From Mustelus asterias (Eukaryota), in the NCBI RefSeq assembly GCF_964213995.1, contig NC_135812.1, positions 34,534,001 through 34,598,000 of the forward strand: DNA of 64,000 nt. Reading direction: 5' to 3'. The notes beneath the pieces are model-generated. The model had not been told where the DNA came from, made no database searches, and was given only the letters and a program-made list of their open reading frames with translations. A program made the translations under genes and the position numbers. Numbering within the stretch: the stretch's first letter is position 1; each line of letters opens with the position of its first letter. This document shows, one piece after another, positions 25,343 to 37,986 of this stretch.

Positions 25343-25913
25343 GACATCACCATCTCTCAACCCCCTGAGGACCACCCCCTCTGAGGACCACCCCCTCTGA
25401 CCCAAACCACATCCCCTGACCAAAAAGACATCCCCCTCCCGACCAGATGCCTCCAACCTGAATCCCCCTGACTTAACCCTCATTACCTCTGTAACCCCGC
25501 CAACATCCAGATCCCTCTCACATGTCCAGATCCTCCCACTCATGTCCGGATTTCCCCCCCCCCCCACCCCCACCCTCGCTCCCCAGCGTCAGCTACCTCC
25601 ACATGCCTGGATCCCCTCTCCACGTCCAGATCCTCCCCATATCCAGAAACACACACCCCCCTTTTCACATCACCCTCAAGGGTCCAGATCTCCCCCCCCC
25701 CCACCCCACAATGTTCAGATCCCCCCATTTCCAGAACCACAACTACTCTTCATTCATCACCACCCCCCCACCCCACACTGAGGTTGGAGGCATCTGGTCG
25801 GGAGGGGGATGTCTTTTTGGTCAGGGGATGTGGTTTGGGTCAGAGGGGGTGGTCCTCAGAGGGGGTGGTCCTCAGAGGGGGTGGTCCTCAGGGGGTTGAG
25901 AGATGGTGATGTC
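25343..25913. repeat. Near-perfect inverted duplication (25343-25459 and 25781-25913)
   Basis: The right arm is the reverse complement of the left arm plus one extra 16-nt unit (ctctgaggaccacccc). Confidence 0.93.
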
Positions 25914-26784
25914 TGAACCCCTACATCCCAATCACTTACCGTAGAAACTGATCATCTTCCTTTCAATGGGACCTTTAAACTCACCTGCTTTACGGCATCT
26001 AGTGCTGTAAATAAAGGAGGTGTGTGTCCCCTTTCACGTCGCTCCTTTTGCACTTTGCCACTAGAGCCAGGGTCACGCTTTGCTTAGTCAGTCTCACCCA
26101 GCTTGATTCAGTGCTGCAGTTACTTCACCATTCCTGCTCCAAAGCCACCCACCCTCATTTTGCCCAGGGACTTCTCAAGATCATTCCAGGTGCTCCATTG
26201 ATTCAGGAGGGATTGGGTGTAAACTAAGGTGTGACAATGTATATAGGGTGCTGATTTTGGGAGTGGAGTGTGCACCGTTGACTTTCCACCCAGTTGCACT
26301 CGGTGGTGAAACAAAAAATCAAGAGAAATCTATGCACCAATGACCTTTGATGAGGTAAAGGACAGGAGATGTGTGTTGACATGAGTCACATTTCAGACTA
26401 AAGAAGACAAGAATGGTGTCCAGGTCCATACACAGAAGAAACGTTATTTTCTGGTTCACATCAGTTAAAAATAAACATATTTTAGATCCAAAATGCTGGG
26501 GTGTCATCAAGTGTACTTCATGCTATTCTCATGTGAATGGTGGACTGATGCATTATTACTTGGCATATGACTGCAGTGCAGCAGGAAAATGTGGCATTCC
26601 TGGATATATTTTCACATAACAATTAATTCCTAGCTCTTTATGAATAATCTAACAATGGATATAGTCCTATCTTCAGAATGAAAAACTGAATTTGTTCTTT
26701 CAATTGAAGGAAGTCCTAATCCCAACTCCCAGCCCCTTCATCATAAACTTACTGAATGTGACGGCCTGTTATTGTCTTCCTCCC

Positions 26785-26900
26785 TTGCAGCCTTCTCTGT
26801 GAGGGTCAGTAAAATGTCTTCCCAGCCTTTGCTGTGAGGGTCAATAAATGTTTTCCCCCTCCCAATCTTCTCTGTGAGGGTCAGTAAATGTCTTCCTCCT
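26785..26900. repeat. Short tandem repeat, 3 imperfect copies
   Basis: cttctctgtgagggtcagtaaa(a)tgtcttcc occurs three times. Confidence 0.8.
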
Positions 26901-27013
26901 CACAACATCTCTATTGCACCTGTACTCAGCAACATGGATGAACTATTTACAGTCAATAGGTTTGATCTGTACTTTTCAGGGACTTATCAATGATGTTTCT
27001 CCTTGTGTTTCAG

Positions 27014-27219
27014 ATTCTGGTGGGAAAATACAGGAGTTTTTACTGCTAGCCAACGTCAGGCTCTTACCCAAATCTCCATGTCCAGGATCATCTGTGAAAA
27101 CACCGAGATCCAATTAATTCCTCATGATGCCTTTAAGTTCCAACCATTCCCACAAGGATATGTAAACTGCAACCAGATACCAAAGGTAGACCTGAGTGCC
27201 TGGAAGGAGGATGTGCGAG
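27014..27219 (+). pseudogene. Heme peroxidase C-terminal catalytic-domain exon
   Basis: tttcag| ... |gtaggt, 206 nt. Encodes (R)FWWENTGVFTASQRQALTQISMSRIICENTEIQLIPHDAFKFQPFPQGYVNCNQIPKVDLSAWKEDVR, the typical last peroxidase-domain exon of MPO/EPX/TPO. Confidence 0.95.
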
Positions 27220-27394
27220 GTAGGTTATTACAGGGCTGGGCCCAGCCTTCAGAAAGCTGACATTCCAGTTCATTTATGCTTGAATATAAAACTAAGCAAA
27301 TCAGCTGGTGTAAGAAAAGAGCAAAGAGACACTCAGAGCTGGACTCTGAATTTAATTAACTTTTCAAGAGAATGCTGATAAACTCACGGGGGGT

Positions 27395-28410
27395 GGGCAA
27401 TCTTACCAAAAGAATTCTAAGTGCCAAACTAGCATGAGAATGGGAAAGATTGCACCCATTTTCTGGGCAAGCTCCCAAAAGCAATTGTATGGCAGTTAGA
27501 AAACAAAATGGTCCCAAATGTCATTCTCAGCAACAGGGGCAGTGGACAGAGCCTATTCTCACTGGGAAGACAGCTGCTGAGCTGTAGGGGTGCTATTGTG
27601 CATGTGTTTGATCTTCCTGTGCACTGTGTACAAGTGTACACAGTACACTGAGAGATCTGTCACTCCCCCCACCCTTCCAGGTATCGCCAACCACCCTCAA
27701 TTGTGCCCTGGACATTGCCCCACCTCCCAATCACCACCTCCCCCCCGCCACCCCCCCCCCCCCCCCCCCCCCCGCCCCACGATCGCTCCCCACGATCACT
27801 GGTCCCAATCCCACCCCACAGCCGATCGCTAGCCCTGACATCCACCCGCCCTCCGCTGATCACTGGCCCCAGTCCACCCTCTCCTGGCTGATCATTGGCC
27901 TCGGTTCCTCCCATTCAGCCAACACCCGGTGTAGAGTATCCCCCATCTCTCCACCATGGGCCCTCCTCTTCAGGCCGGCCCTGTCTCTTGGCACTATCCA
28001 GTGTCTGGTGAGCAGTGCCAAGGTGCCAGGCTGGCAATGCCCAAGGGGCACGCCTGCTTCTGCCCCCAACCACCTAAGGGGCTTCAATGACCTCTGGTCC
28101 CACCTTTGAGGCTATCAAGTCAGGTCCCTTTTGATTGGGACCATGGTTGATCCACGTCAGTGAGCCCTCCATCGGCAAGACCGTTAAGGCAAGTGAGCGC
28201 AGACAATAGCGTCACACACTGATAATATTGAAATTAGCAAATGAATATTTAAATCAGACTCGCATGCTTCCCAGGTCCAAGGCCGATTATGCCGGCAGAA
28301 CGCAGCCAGTAACGTCGCGAGAAACTGGGCGTGAAGCTGATTTTTCTCCTCTTCCCCAATCTTACTGGCTTGCACCGATCGACCGGCATGATGAGCCGGT
28401 AAGATTGCCC
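27395..28410. mobile_element. Non-autonomous TIR element (Harbinger-type)
   Basis: Perfect 13-bp TIR GGGCAATCTTACC / GGTAAGATTGCCC with a non-coding C-rich interior. Confidence 0.75.
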
Positions 28411-28589
28411 CCATGAACTCTGGCAGCTACTGTATGGAGAGAAAACAGAGTTGATGAGCAGGATTCTCTGATCTCGTCCATACCCGCCCTGCTGCAAGTG
28501 AGAATGGAGAATTTAACACTCCAGGCAAAACTCCATCCCTTTCAGCGGCACTGCAGAATTCCAGCCGCGAACAAGGGTGAAGACTTTTG

Positions 28590-29195
28590 ACGCATGTTTC
28601 CAGCCCGTTTCACTCTTCATCAGAATTAAAGAGACCAGGAATGTGTTGGATATTAAACTGTAGCTGGGAGGGATTGCAATAAGATGTAGCAACCTTAAGA
28701 ATGAGAGGCAGATGGCTTGGTGTGGGAAGGGGGCAGGAGAAGGGAGGGTTTTTTACATTGAGACAATAAATGTATGAGATAAATTTTAAGAAGTATTTAA
28801 GATGGAGGAGAAAGGTCACAATGCAAGGTTGTTGAACTCAGTGTTGTAACATCAGAAGATGAGATTCTGCTCCTCCAGTTTGCACCGATTTCAGTGAAAC
28901 ATTGCAGCAGGCCAAGGGCAGACATGTGGGCATGAGAGCAAGGTGCTGAGTTAAAATGGCACGCAACAGGAAAGCTGGGGTCATGTTTGTGGATTGAGCA
29001 AAGGTCTTTCTCAAAGCGGTCACCAGTCTGTGTTTAGTTTTCCCAATGTAGAGACCACCACGTTGGGAGCAGTGAATACAATAAACCAAACTGAAGGAAG
29101 TGCAGGTGAAACGCCGCTTAACCTGAACGGAATGTTTGGAGCCTTGAACAGTGAGGAGGGAGGAGGTAAAGGGGCAGGAGTTGCACCTTCTGCGA
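28590..29195 (-). mobile_element. Penelope-like retroelement fragment (GIY-YIG endonuclease)
   Basis: VYCIHCSQRGGLYIGKTKHRL (ORF 28838-29089). Downstream on the - strand is CTGATGA...GAAA at 28623-28597. Confidence 0.82.
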
Positions 29196-29197
29196 TT

Positions 29198-29685
29198 GTA
29201 AAGGCATTAGAAAGGGTTTCAGAAAGATTCACGACAATGACTCCAGGGATGAGGAATTTGAGTTGTGTAGATAGATTGGAGAAGTTGGGATTGTTTTCTT
29301 TGGAAAAGAGAAGGTTGAGAGGAAATTTGAATGAGACATTCAAAATAATGAGAGATCTGGACAGAGTAAAGAGAGAGAAAAGTTGTCCCCATTGGTGGAA
29401 GGATCAAGAACCTGAGAGCATAGATTCAATGCAATGGGCAAAGGAAGCAATGCTGACATGAGGAAAACCTTTCTCACACAATGAGTGGTTAAGATCTGGA
29501 ATGCACTGCCTGACAGTATGGTGGAGGCAGGGTCATTGAGAAACGACGGAGAACTGGATTATTATCCAAAAAGAAAGAATGTGCAGCACCATCGGGAGAA
29601 GGTGGGTAATGTGGTCTTTCAGCAAGCCAGTATAGACCGCCTGGCCAAATGGCTTCCTTCTACACTGTAACCATCGTATCATTCT
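29198..29685 (+). mobile_element. Old CR1 3' fragment
   Basis: KALERVSERFTTMTPG...LGLFSLEKRRLRGNL. Confidence 0.85.
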
Positions 29686-29744
29686 AGTCTAAACATAGAG
29701 CTGTGATGTGCATGAAACTTCACATGTTCTCAGTAGCTCCTCGT

Positions 29745-30100
29745 AGGGAGATGGTGGTATAATGGTAATATCACTGGACTAATAATCCAGAGGCCCAGGC
29801 CCTGGGGTCACAGGTTCAAATGCCACTCGTTGGAATTTAAATACAATTGTACATCTGGAATTGAAAGTAATGGTGACATGAAACTGTCATTGATTGCTGT
29901 AAAAACCCAACTGGCTCACTAATGTCCTTTAGGGAAGGAAATCTGCCATCCTTATTTGTCTGGCCTACACGTAACCCACAGCAATGTGGTTGACTCTTAA
30001 ATGCCCTTTAAAATGGCCAAACAAACCATTCAGTTCGAGGGCAATGAGGGAGGGGCAACAAATGCTGGCCCAGCCAGTGATGCTCACATCCAATGAATGT
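29745..30100 (+). mobile_element. Second SINE family copy
   Basis: Same core and tail as 9715-10075. Confidence 0.75.
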
Positions 30101-30153
30101 ATAAGTCTAAACTTTCTTTTTCCTAATTAGTGTTTTTTTTTTACTTTTAACAG

Positions 30154-30314
30154 TGACCCGCTGTGGCCCCGTCCTGTTGTGAAGCACGGCCATTTCTCCA
30201 TCTGTAAATCCTCGGTCAGGTACACCTGTGAGTCGGGATTCAAGTTGGTGGGGATGGATATGATTAAATGTCACAGGAACAGGAAGTGGAACATTAAACC
30301 TCCTCGCTGCATAG
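30154..30314 (+). pseudogene. Sushi/CCP-domain exon of the peroxidase, with a 1-nt frameshift
   Basis: taacag| ... |gtaaga, 161 nt (a phase 1-1 exon needs 3n). Reads VTRCGPV/[P]VVKHGHFSICKSSVRYTCESGFKLVGMDMIKCHRNRKWNIKPPRCI, a C-C-C-W-C sushi pattern. As written it stops at TGA 30180. Confidence 0.88.
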
Positions 30315-31822
30315 GTAAGAACCAAAATCCAGTACCTCGGAATAGCGAGTGCCATTGGTTGGCACAGGGTGAGAGGGGCCGAATATAAACATAACAATGG
30401 TAATTTCCACCTCCACGGCAGGTTACCTTTCAAATCCTCCCTGCCACCTCACCTCCCCAACTTGCTCTTGGTGTCCTGCTCTTTCTGTAAAGGTTAGCAA
30501 CAATGAGGCAGTATTGTTAAATAAATCTTAGATCCTAATGTACAGACAAATGTGATGATCTATTCTTGCAATTCTTTCAGCATCCTAGTGGACTGAACTT
30601 CACCAAACTCAAAATTTCAATGGACCAACAAGACAACAACGTTAACGTGAGATGTCCGCCTTTTCTGTGGAACATCAAATAGCCTTTCCAAACCAAAGAA
30701 AACCAATTTCATGTCCAGTGGGGGATCTTCAAAGATCAGGGACACCATAACTGTCAGAATGGAACAGTGACTTGTCAGATATCTGGGATATTTCTATTCT
30801 CATATCGCCGCAAAGCAAATTGTCACGCAGAATTGGCCCTTCAAAGAAGTGATGTGACAGTGATTACCCCAGATCTGGACAGAAGAAATGGGCACGATAT
30901 TTTATCAGGATTCTTCAATTAAATTCTGGTGATCACATTTGGTTAAAAGTTTGGGAGAGGTACAATATTGCCTCACAGTTATTTTCTGGAACACTTTTAT
31001 TCTTTGCAAATTCAGAAATTTCCTTTGTTTGCAGTCGAAGGTAAAGGGATCTGCCCCTGGGGCAAAAACCTGAGCTGGGAAACCAGGAGCCATTTCCAGA
31101 AGCTTTGCAACACTGAAGCTGCTTTTCGATTGGTAGGTAGAGTAAAGCCACTCAGTTCAGAGGTCTGATCTCGTGACCCGACTCCGTCTCAAACTCTTCT
31201 CCACAAGCATTCCACTGAGGGCTTCTGGGATGATTCATTACCAGTAGATTTGCATCTTACTTTTTCACAAATGCCATTTCTAGCTGAGATATACTTTCAG
31301 ACATGAACCACACTGCAAACACGATTCCCCCAATTCACTCTCTGGGCACTTTACATTCTGATTTGTTTGATCTCTCTCCAATATCTGACCCATTGAAGAA
31401 ATGTTAAAGGATAATCCACAATAGCGCCTCAGGTAGCCATTTATCAGTTTTCTCCCACTCCTTAAAGCACCAATTTGCCCATTGAAGCCCATCCCTTGCA
31501 GACTTTAAGATATCTCTTTGAGACCCAGGTTCAAATATAGTAATGATCACACCATTTGTCCATTCCTTTAATACTTTCACTTCCCTGTTGAAAACCATCT
31601 CATTAAGACTGTCATTCTCCCATTACACAGCCCAGCAATGTATTGAATGTTCCCAATTTTGTCCAACTAGACTGGGATTTTCCAGACCCATCCCCCCCCC
31701 CACCCGAGATCTTGCAGTCCCACCGACAGTCAACGGACTGTTGGCTAGCCCATTGCATCCCCCGCCATGGCATTGTCTGGGAAATGGTTCCAAATAATTT
31801 GCTCTGTCAGCAAAAAAATGAT

Positions 31823-31985
31823 TAGAGTCATAGAGGTTTACAGCATGGAAACAGGCCCTTCGGCCCAACTTGTCCATGCCACCCATATTTTTAAAAAACC
31901 CATAAGCTAATCCAAATTGCCCGCATTTGGCCCATATCCCTCTATACCCATCGTACCCATGTAACTATCTAAATGCTTTTTAAAG
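31823..31985 (-). mobile_element. CR1 3' UTR fragment
   Basis: Near-identical to 390-570. Confidence 0.85.
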
Positions 31986-32810
31986 GATATAGAGGTAGAT
32001 ATAGATTAGTAATGTTTCTTAAAACTTTCTCGGTACTTAAGTGCATTGCCTTTTTTGTCTTGAACTCAAATGACATCTATCAATTTATCTTAAAGATTTA
32101 AACTGTGATATCTCTCAGTGAGACTTCCCCACAACCATTCTCCCTCTAGGCTGTAGAGTTTAAGCCTCTCTCGCAGTTTTTCACACATCAGGAGATGGAA
32201 GGAAGAAAGAGTTGGCACATAAGCAGGAAAGCAAATAAGGATCAAGGGGAGCAAACATGAGCCTAATGGCCTATTCTTATCCTCAATACATAAACTAATG
32301 CACTGGAGAATGTTTTTGTAGTGCAGAGCTGAACACAATACTCCATGTACAGTCCAACCAGTGCATTGTAGACCACAGTGTAATCTCTGAATTCTCTGCC
32401 TGCTGCTGCTCATTCTACAGTCCAGTATTGTATTGCTTCTTCAATTACTTCACCACATGGAACAGACATTTAAGGTGATTGGATAGCAATTCCGAAAGCT
32501 TCTTTTCTAAAGCCCCTTCTACCAATTCAATTCCGTTCACTGCAGGCTTACAACTTTTTCACAGTTAAATTTTATTTGTCATATTTTTGCCTCGTGACTC
32601 AACAACTCTCTCTCAATTGTTTGCTGCATTCTCGGTTTTAACTGGTCCCTCTAATTTTGTGGCAGAAGGTTTTAACTTTGTTAAGTTTTGTGCCTGATAA
32701 TTCCCACCCGGGCAAAACTCCAGACTTTGTCAAGAACCAGATTTGAATAGATTAAAACAGCTTTGTTTCAATTTGCAATGAGCAAATGCGACCTCATGAT
32801 CTTGGGAATA

Positions 32811-33574
32811 CAAAGAACAAAGAACAATACAGCACAGGAACAGGCCCTTCGGCCCTCCAAGCCCGTGCCACTCCCTGGTCCAAACTAGACCATTCTTTTG
32901 TATCCCTCCATTCTCACTCTGTTCATATGGCTATCTAGATAAGTCTTAAACGTTCCCAGTGTGTCCGCCTCCACCACCTTGCCTGGCAGTGCATTCCAGG
33001 CCCCCACCACCCTCTGTGTAAAATATGTCCTTCTGATATCTGTGTTAAACTTCCCCCCCTTCACCTTGAACCTATGACCCCTCGTGAACGTCACCACCGA
33101 CCTGGGGAAAAGCTTCCCACCGTTCACCCTATCTATGCCTTTCATAATTTTATACACCTCTATTAGGTCACCCCTCATCCTCCGTCTTTCCAGTGAGAAC
33201 AACCCCAGTTTACCCAATCTCTCCTCATAACTAAGCCCCTCCATACCAGGCAACATCCTGGTAAACCTCCTCTGTACTCTCTCCAAAGCCTCCACATCCT
33301 TCTGGTAGTGTGGCGACCAGAACTGGACGCAGTATTCCAAATGCGGCCGAACCAACGTTCTATACATCTGCAACATCAGACCCCAACTTTTATACTCTAT
33401 GCCCCGTCCTATAAAGGCAAGCATGCCATATGCCTTCTTCACCACCTTCTCCACCTGTGACGTCACCTTCAAGGATCTGTGGACTTGCACACCCAGGTCC
33501 CTCTGCGTATCTACACCCTTTATGGTTCTGCCATTTATCGTATAGCTCCTCCCTACATTATTTCTACCAAAATG
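32811..33574 (-). mobile_element. CR1 LINE 3' fragment, fused to the Gypsy integrase end
   Basis: ORF 32885-33490; tail (ttctttg)n at 32811-32826. Confidence 0.93.
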
Positions 33575-36094
33575 TTGGTGTGGAGGAGTTGGACCCTTTC
33601 GACCAGGGGGTCCGACTTATGGGTCCTCACGTGCTTCCGGAGCAGGACAGGGCCTGGGGACGTCAGCCACGACGGTAGTGAGGTCCCCGAGGGGGTCTTT
33701 CTGGGGAAAACAAACATTCTTTCATGAGGGGTAGCATTGGTAGCTGTGCAAAGGAGGTGATCTAATCGAGTGTAGTGCATCAAGGAGGACCTCTTGCCAG
33801 CGGGTGACTGGAAGACCTTTAGATCTCAGAGCTAGTAAAACGGCCTTCCAGACTGTCGCGTTCTCCCTCTCTACCTGTTCGTTCCCCCTGGGGTTGTAGC
33901 TGGTGGTCCTACTCGAGGCTATGCCTTTGGAGAGCAGGTACTGTTGCAGCTCATCACTCATAAAGGAGGATCCCCGGTCGCTATGGATATAGCTAGGGAA
34001 ACCAAACAGGGTGAAGAGGCTGTGCAGGGCCCTGACGACCATGGCTGAGGTCATATCCGGGCAGTGAATAACGAAAGGGAAATGTGAATATTCGTCAATG
34101 ATGTTGAGGAAGTATATGTTGCGGTCAGAAGAGGGGAGGGGGCCTTTGAAGTCGACGCTTAGGCGTTCGAAAGGGCGGGTGGCTTTTATGAGGTGAGCTC
34201 TGTCTGGCCGATAGAAGTGCGGCTTGCACTCTACGCAGACCTGGCAGTGTCTGGTTATAGACCTGACTTCCTCAATGGAGTAGGGCAGGTTACAGGCTTT
34301 AATGAAGTGAAAAAAACCTGGTGACGCCCGGGTGGCAGAGGTCGTTGTGGAGAGTCTGCAATTGGTCTATTTGTGCGCTGGCACATATTCCCCGGGACTG
34401 GGCGTCTGGGGACTCATTGAGCTTCCCGGGCCGGTATAAGATGTCGTAATTGTAGGTGGAAAGCTCAATATTTTATCATTTTTGATCTTGCCCCGCTGCG
34501 TGTTATTAAACATGAATGCAACTGACCGTTGGTCCGTGAGTAGGGTGAATCGTTTACCAGCGGAGTAGTGGCGCCAGTGCCATAAAGCCTCCTTTTCGAC
34601 AGAGGAGTGTCGAATTTCAGGGCCTTGGAGGGTTCGTGAGAAGAAGGCCACGGGTCTGCCCGCCTGGTTAAGGGTGGCGGCTAGGGCGATGTCAGACGCA
34701 TCACTCTCCACCTGGAACGGGATGGATTTGTCTACAGCGTGCATCGTGGCCTTCGCGATGTCTGCTTTGATGCAGTCGAAGGCCAGGCGGGCCTCTGCCG
34801 TCAGGGGAAAAGAGGTGGATTTGATGAGCGGACGGGCTTTATCCGCATAATTGGGGACTCACTGGGCGTAATACGAGAAGAAGCCCAGGCATCTCCTCAG
34901 TGCTTTGAGGCTGGTGGGGAGGGGAAGTTCCAGGAGGGGACGCATGCGGTCGGGATCGGGACCGATGACCCCGTTTTCCACAACACAACCAAGGATGGCG
35001 AGGCGGTGTGTGCGGAATACGCACTTCTCCTTATTATAGGTCAGATTTAGGAGTGTGGCGGCGTGGAGGAATTTGTGGAGGTTGGCGTCGTGGTCCTGCT
35101 GATCATGGCCGCAGATGGTGAAGTTATCCAGGTACGGGAAGGTGGCCCACAGCCCGTTCTGGTCTACCATTCGGTCCATCTCACGCTGGAAGACCGAGAC
35201 CCCATTGGTGATGCTGAAGGGGACCCTAAGGAAGTGATAGAGGCGGCCATCCACCTCGAAGGCAGTATATTGGCGGTCTTCCGGATGGATAGGGAGCTGG
35301 TAGAATGCAGATTTTAAGTCGATGGTGGAGAACACCCGATATTGCGCAATCTGATTAACCATGTCAGATATGCGGGGAAGGGGAACGCGTCCAGCTGCGT
35401 GTATCGGTTAATGGTCTGGCTGTAGTCAATGACCATGTGATGTTTCTCCCCAGTCTTAACAACTACTACTTGGGCTCTCCAGGGGCTGGTACTGGCCTCA
35501 ATGATCCCCTCCCCTAGGAGCCGTTGTACTTCGGACCTGATAAAAGCTCTGTCTCCAGCACTCTACCGTCTGCTCTTGGTGGCGATGGGCTTGCAATCGG
35601 GGGTGAGATTTTCAAACAGTGAGGGAGGGGTGACTTTAAGGGTCGGGAGGCTGCAGGTGGTGCGCGGTGGGCGATCTAAGAACTGCTGATTGCAAATAGA
35701 GAGCGGGGGAAAAGGCCCATTGTACTCCATGGTGACGCTCTTAAGGTGACACAGGAAATCTAGCCCCAGGAGTACGGCAGCGCAGAGTTGTGGCAGCACG
35801 AGGAGCCTGAAATTTTTGTACACTGTGCCCCGTACAGTCAGGGTCGCCATGCAGTACCCGAGGACATCCACCGAGTGGGACTTTGAAGCCATGGAGATCG
35901 TTTGCTTCACTGGCAGTACTGAAAGGGTGTCGCGACTCACTGTGTTAAGGTGGATAAAGCTCTCCGTACTCCCACAGTCAAATAAACAGTTTGTAGTGTG
36001 ACCGTTTACCTCGATGTCCATCATGGACCTGGCGAGTTGGTGAGGCCTGGACTGGTCCAGCGTAATCGAAGCCACCGTTGGATTTTGCGACGTG

Positions 36095-36340
36095 GCTGAC
36101 GGCGTCCAAGATGGCGGCCCGCATGGCTCACACGCAGCTGATGGCGTCCAAGATGGCGGCCCGCACGGCCCACATGCAGCTGAAGGCGTCCAAGATGGCG
36201 GCCCGCACGGCTCACACGCGGCTGATGGCGTCCAAGATGGCGGCCCGCATGGCCCACACGCGGCTGAAGGCATCCAAGATGGCGCTCGCACGACTCACAC
36301 ACGGCTACCGGCACCCAAGATGGCGGCTCCCGCGGGTCGC
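36095..36340 (-). repeat. 42-bp minisatellite (about 6 units) in the Gypsy gag-protease linker
   Basis: Unit encodes ACEPCGPPSWTPSA. caagatggcg occurs at 36107, 36149, 36191, 36233, 36275 and 36316. Confidence 0.95.
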
Positions 36341-36853
36341 ATGCGGCGCTACTGGGCTTGGAGGTCGATTTCGCCCTGCATACCTTCACGTAATGGCCCT
36401 TCTTTCCACACTCGGAGCAGATCGCATCCTTCGCCGGGCAGCGTTGACGGGGATGCTTCCCCAGGCCGCAGAAGTAGCACTTCGGGCCTCTGGAGACTGC
36501 CGCAGCGGTTGGGTACAGAGGTGGCGGCGACCGCGGTGTCCACGATGCACCCTCGTGGTCGGGGGTGAAGGCCTCGAGATTACAGAAGGCCACCTCTAAT
36601 GAGTCGGCAAGCGCCACAGTTTTTTGTAGGTCCAGCCCACCCTGTTCCAGCAGTCGTTGTTGGATATAGTTTGACCTGATACCCGTGACATAGGCATCTC
36701 TGATTAAGTCCTCACTGTTTTGGTGGCTGTTACGGCCTTGCAGTTGCAGGCCCTGCCAAGTGCTTGCAGGAATTGATCGCCTGATTCTCCCGGCTGTTGT
36801 CTGCGAGTAACCAGAAGATATCTGGCGTAGATTTCATTAGACTGTTTGTTGTA

Positions 36854-37986
36854 GAACAAAGAACAAAGAACAGTACAGCACAGGACACAGGCCCTTCGGC
36901 CCTCCAAGCCTGTGCCACTCCTTGGTCCAACTAGACCAATCGTTTGTATCCCTCCATTCCCAGGCTGCTCATGTGACTATCCAGGTAAGTCTTAAACGAT
37001 GTCAGTGTGTCTGCCTCCACCACCCTACTTGGCAGTGCATTCCAGGCCCCCACCACCCTCTGTGTAAAAAACATCCCTCTGATATCTGAGTTATACTTCG
37101 CCCCTCTCACCTTGAGCCCGTGACCCCTCGTGATCGTCACTTCTGATCTGGGAAAAAGCTTCCCACTATTCATAGAAATCATAGAAACCCTACAGTGCAG
37201 AAGGAGGCCATTCGGCCCATCGAGTCTGCACCGACCACAATCCCACCCAGGCCCTACCCCCACATATTTACCCGCTAATCCCTCTAACCTACACATCCCA
37301 GGACTCTAAGGGGCAATTTTTAACCTGGCCAATCAACCTAACCCGCACATCTTTGGACTGTGGGAGGAAACCGGAGCACCCGGAGGAAACCCACGCAGAC
37401 ACGAGGAGAATGTGCAAACTCCACACAGACAGTGACCCGAGCCGGGAATCGAACCCGGGACCCTGGAGCTGTGAAGCAGCAGTGCTAACCACTGTGCTAC
37501 CGTTCACCCTATCTATCCCCTTCATAATCTTGTACACCTCTATTAGATCTCCCCTCATTCTCCGTCTTTCCAGGGAGAACAACCCCAGTTTACCCAATCT
37601 CTCCTCATAGCTAAGACCCTCCATACCAGGCAACATCCTGGTAAACCTTCTCTGCACTCTCTCTAACGCCTCCACGTCCTTCTGGTAGTGCGGCGACCAG
37701 AACTGGACGCAGTACTCCAAAAGTGGCCTAACCAGCGTTCTATACAGCTGCATCATCAGACTCCAGCTTTTATACTCTATACCCCATCCTATAAAGGCAA
37801 GCATACCATATGCCTTCTTCACCACCTTCTCCACCTGTGTTGCCACCTTCAAGGATTTGTGGACTTGCACACCTAGGTCCCTTTGTGTTTCTATACTCTT
37901 GATGGCTCTGCCATTTATTGTATAACTCCTCCCTACATTATTTCTTCCAAAATGCATCACTTCGCATTTATCCGGATTAAATTCCA
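36854..37986 (-). mobile_element. CR1 3' fragment inserted into Gypsy gag, flanked by a TTGTA duplication
   Basis: ORF 37289-37987 (MEFNPDKCEVMHFG...). ttgta at 36849-36853 and 37987-37991. Confidence 0.92.
37169..37502 (-). mobile_element. HE1-type V-SINE nested in the CR1 that is nested in the Gypsy element
   Basis: Interrupts aagcttccca|ccgttcaccc, which is contiguous in the sister CR1 at about 33110-33130. Confidence 0.92.

Noticed and set aside
27014-30314. Assigning the symbol TPO (or MPO/EPX)
   Set aside because: The sushi exon is TPO-like, but the propeptide is MPO/EPX-like and no EGF/TM exons are seen. Orthology needs phylogeny and synteny.
30531-30600. Terminal peroxidase exon (acceptor 30530 giving DPNVQT..., or 30580 giving AS*)
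   Set aside because: Two competing acceptors and no recognisable homology; cannot choose between them from sequence alone.
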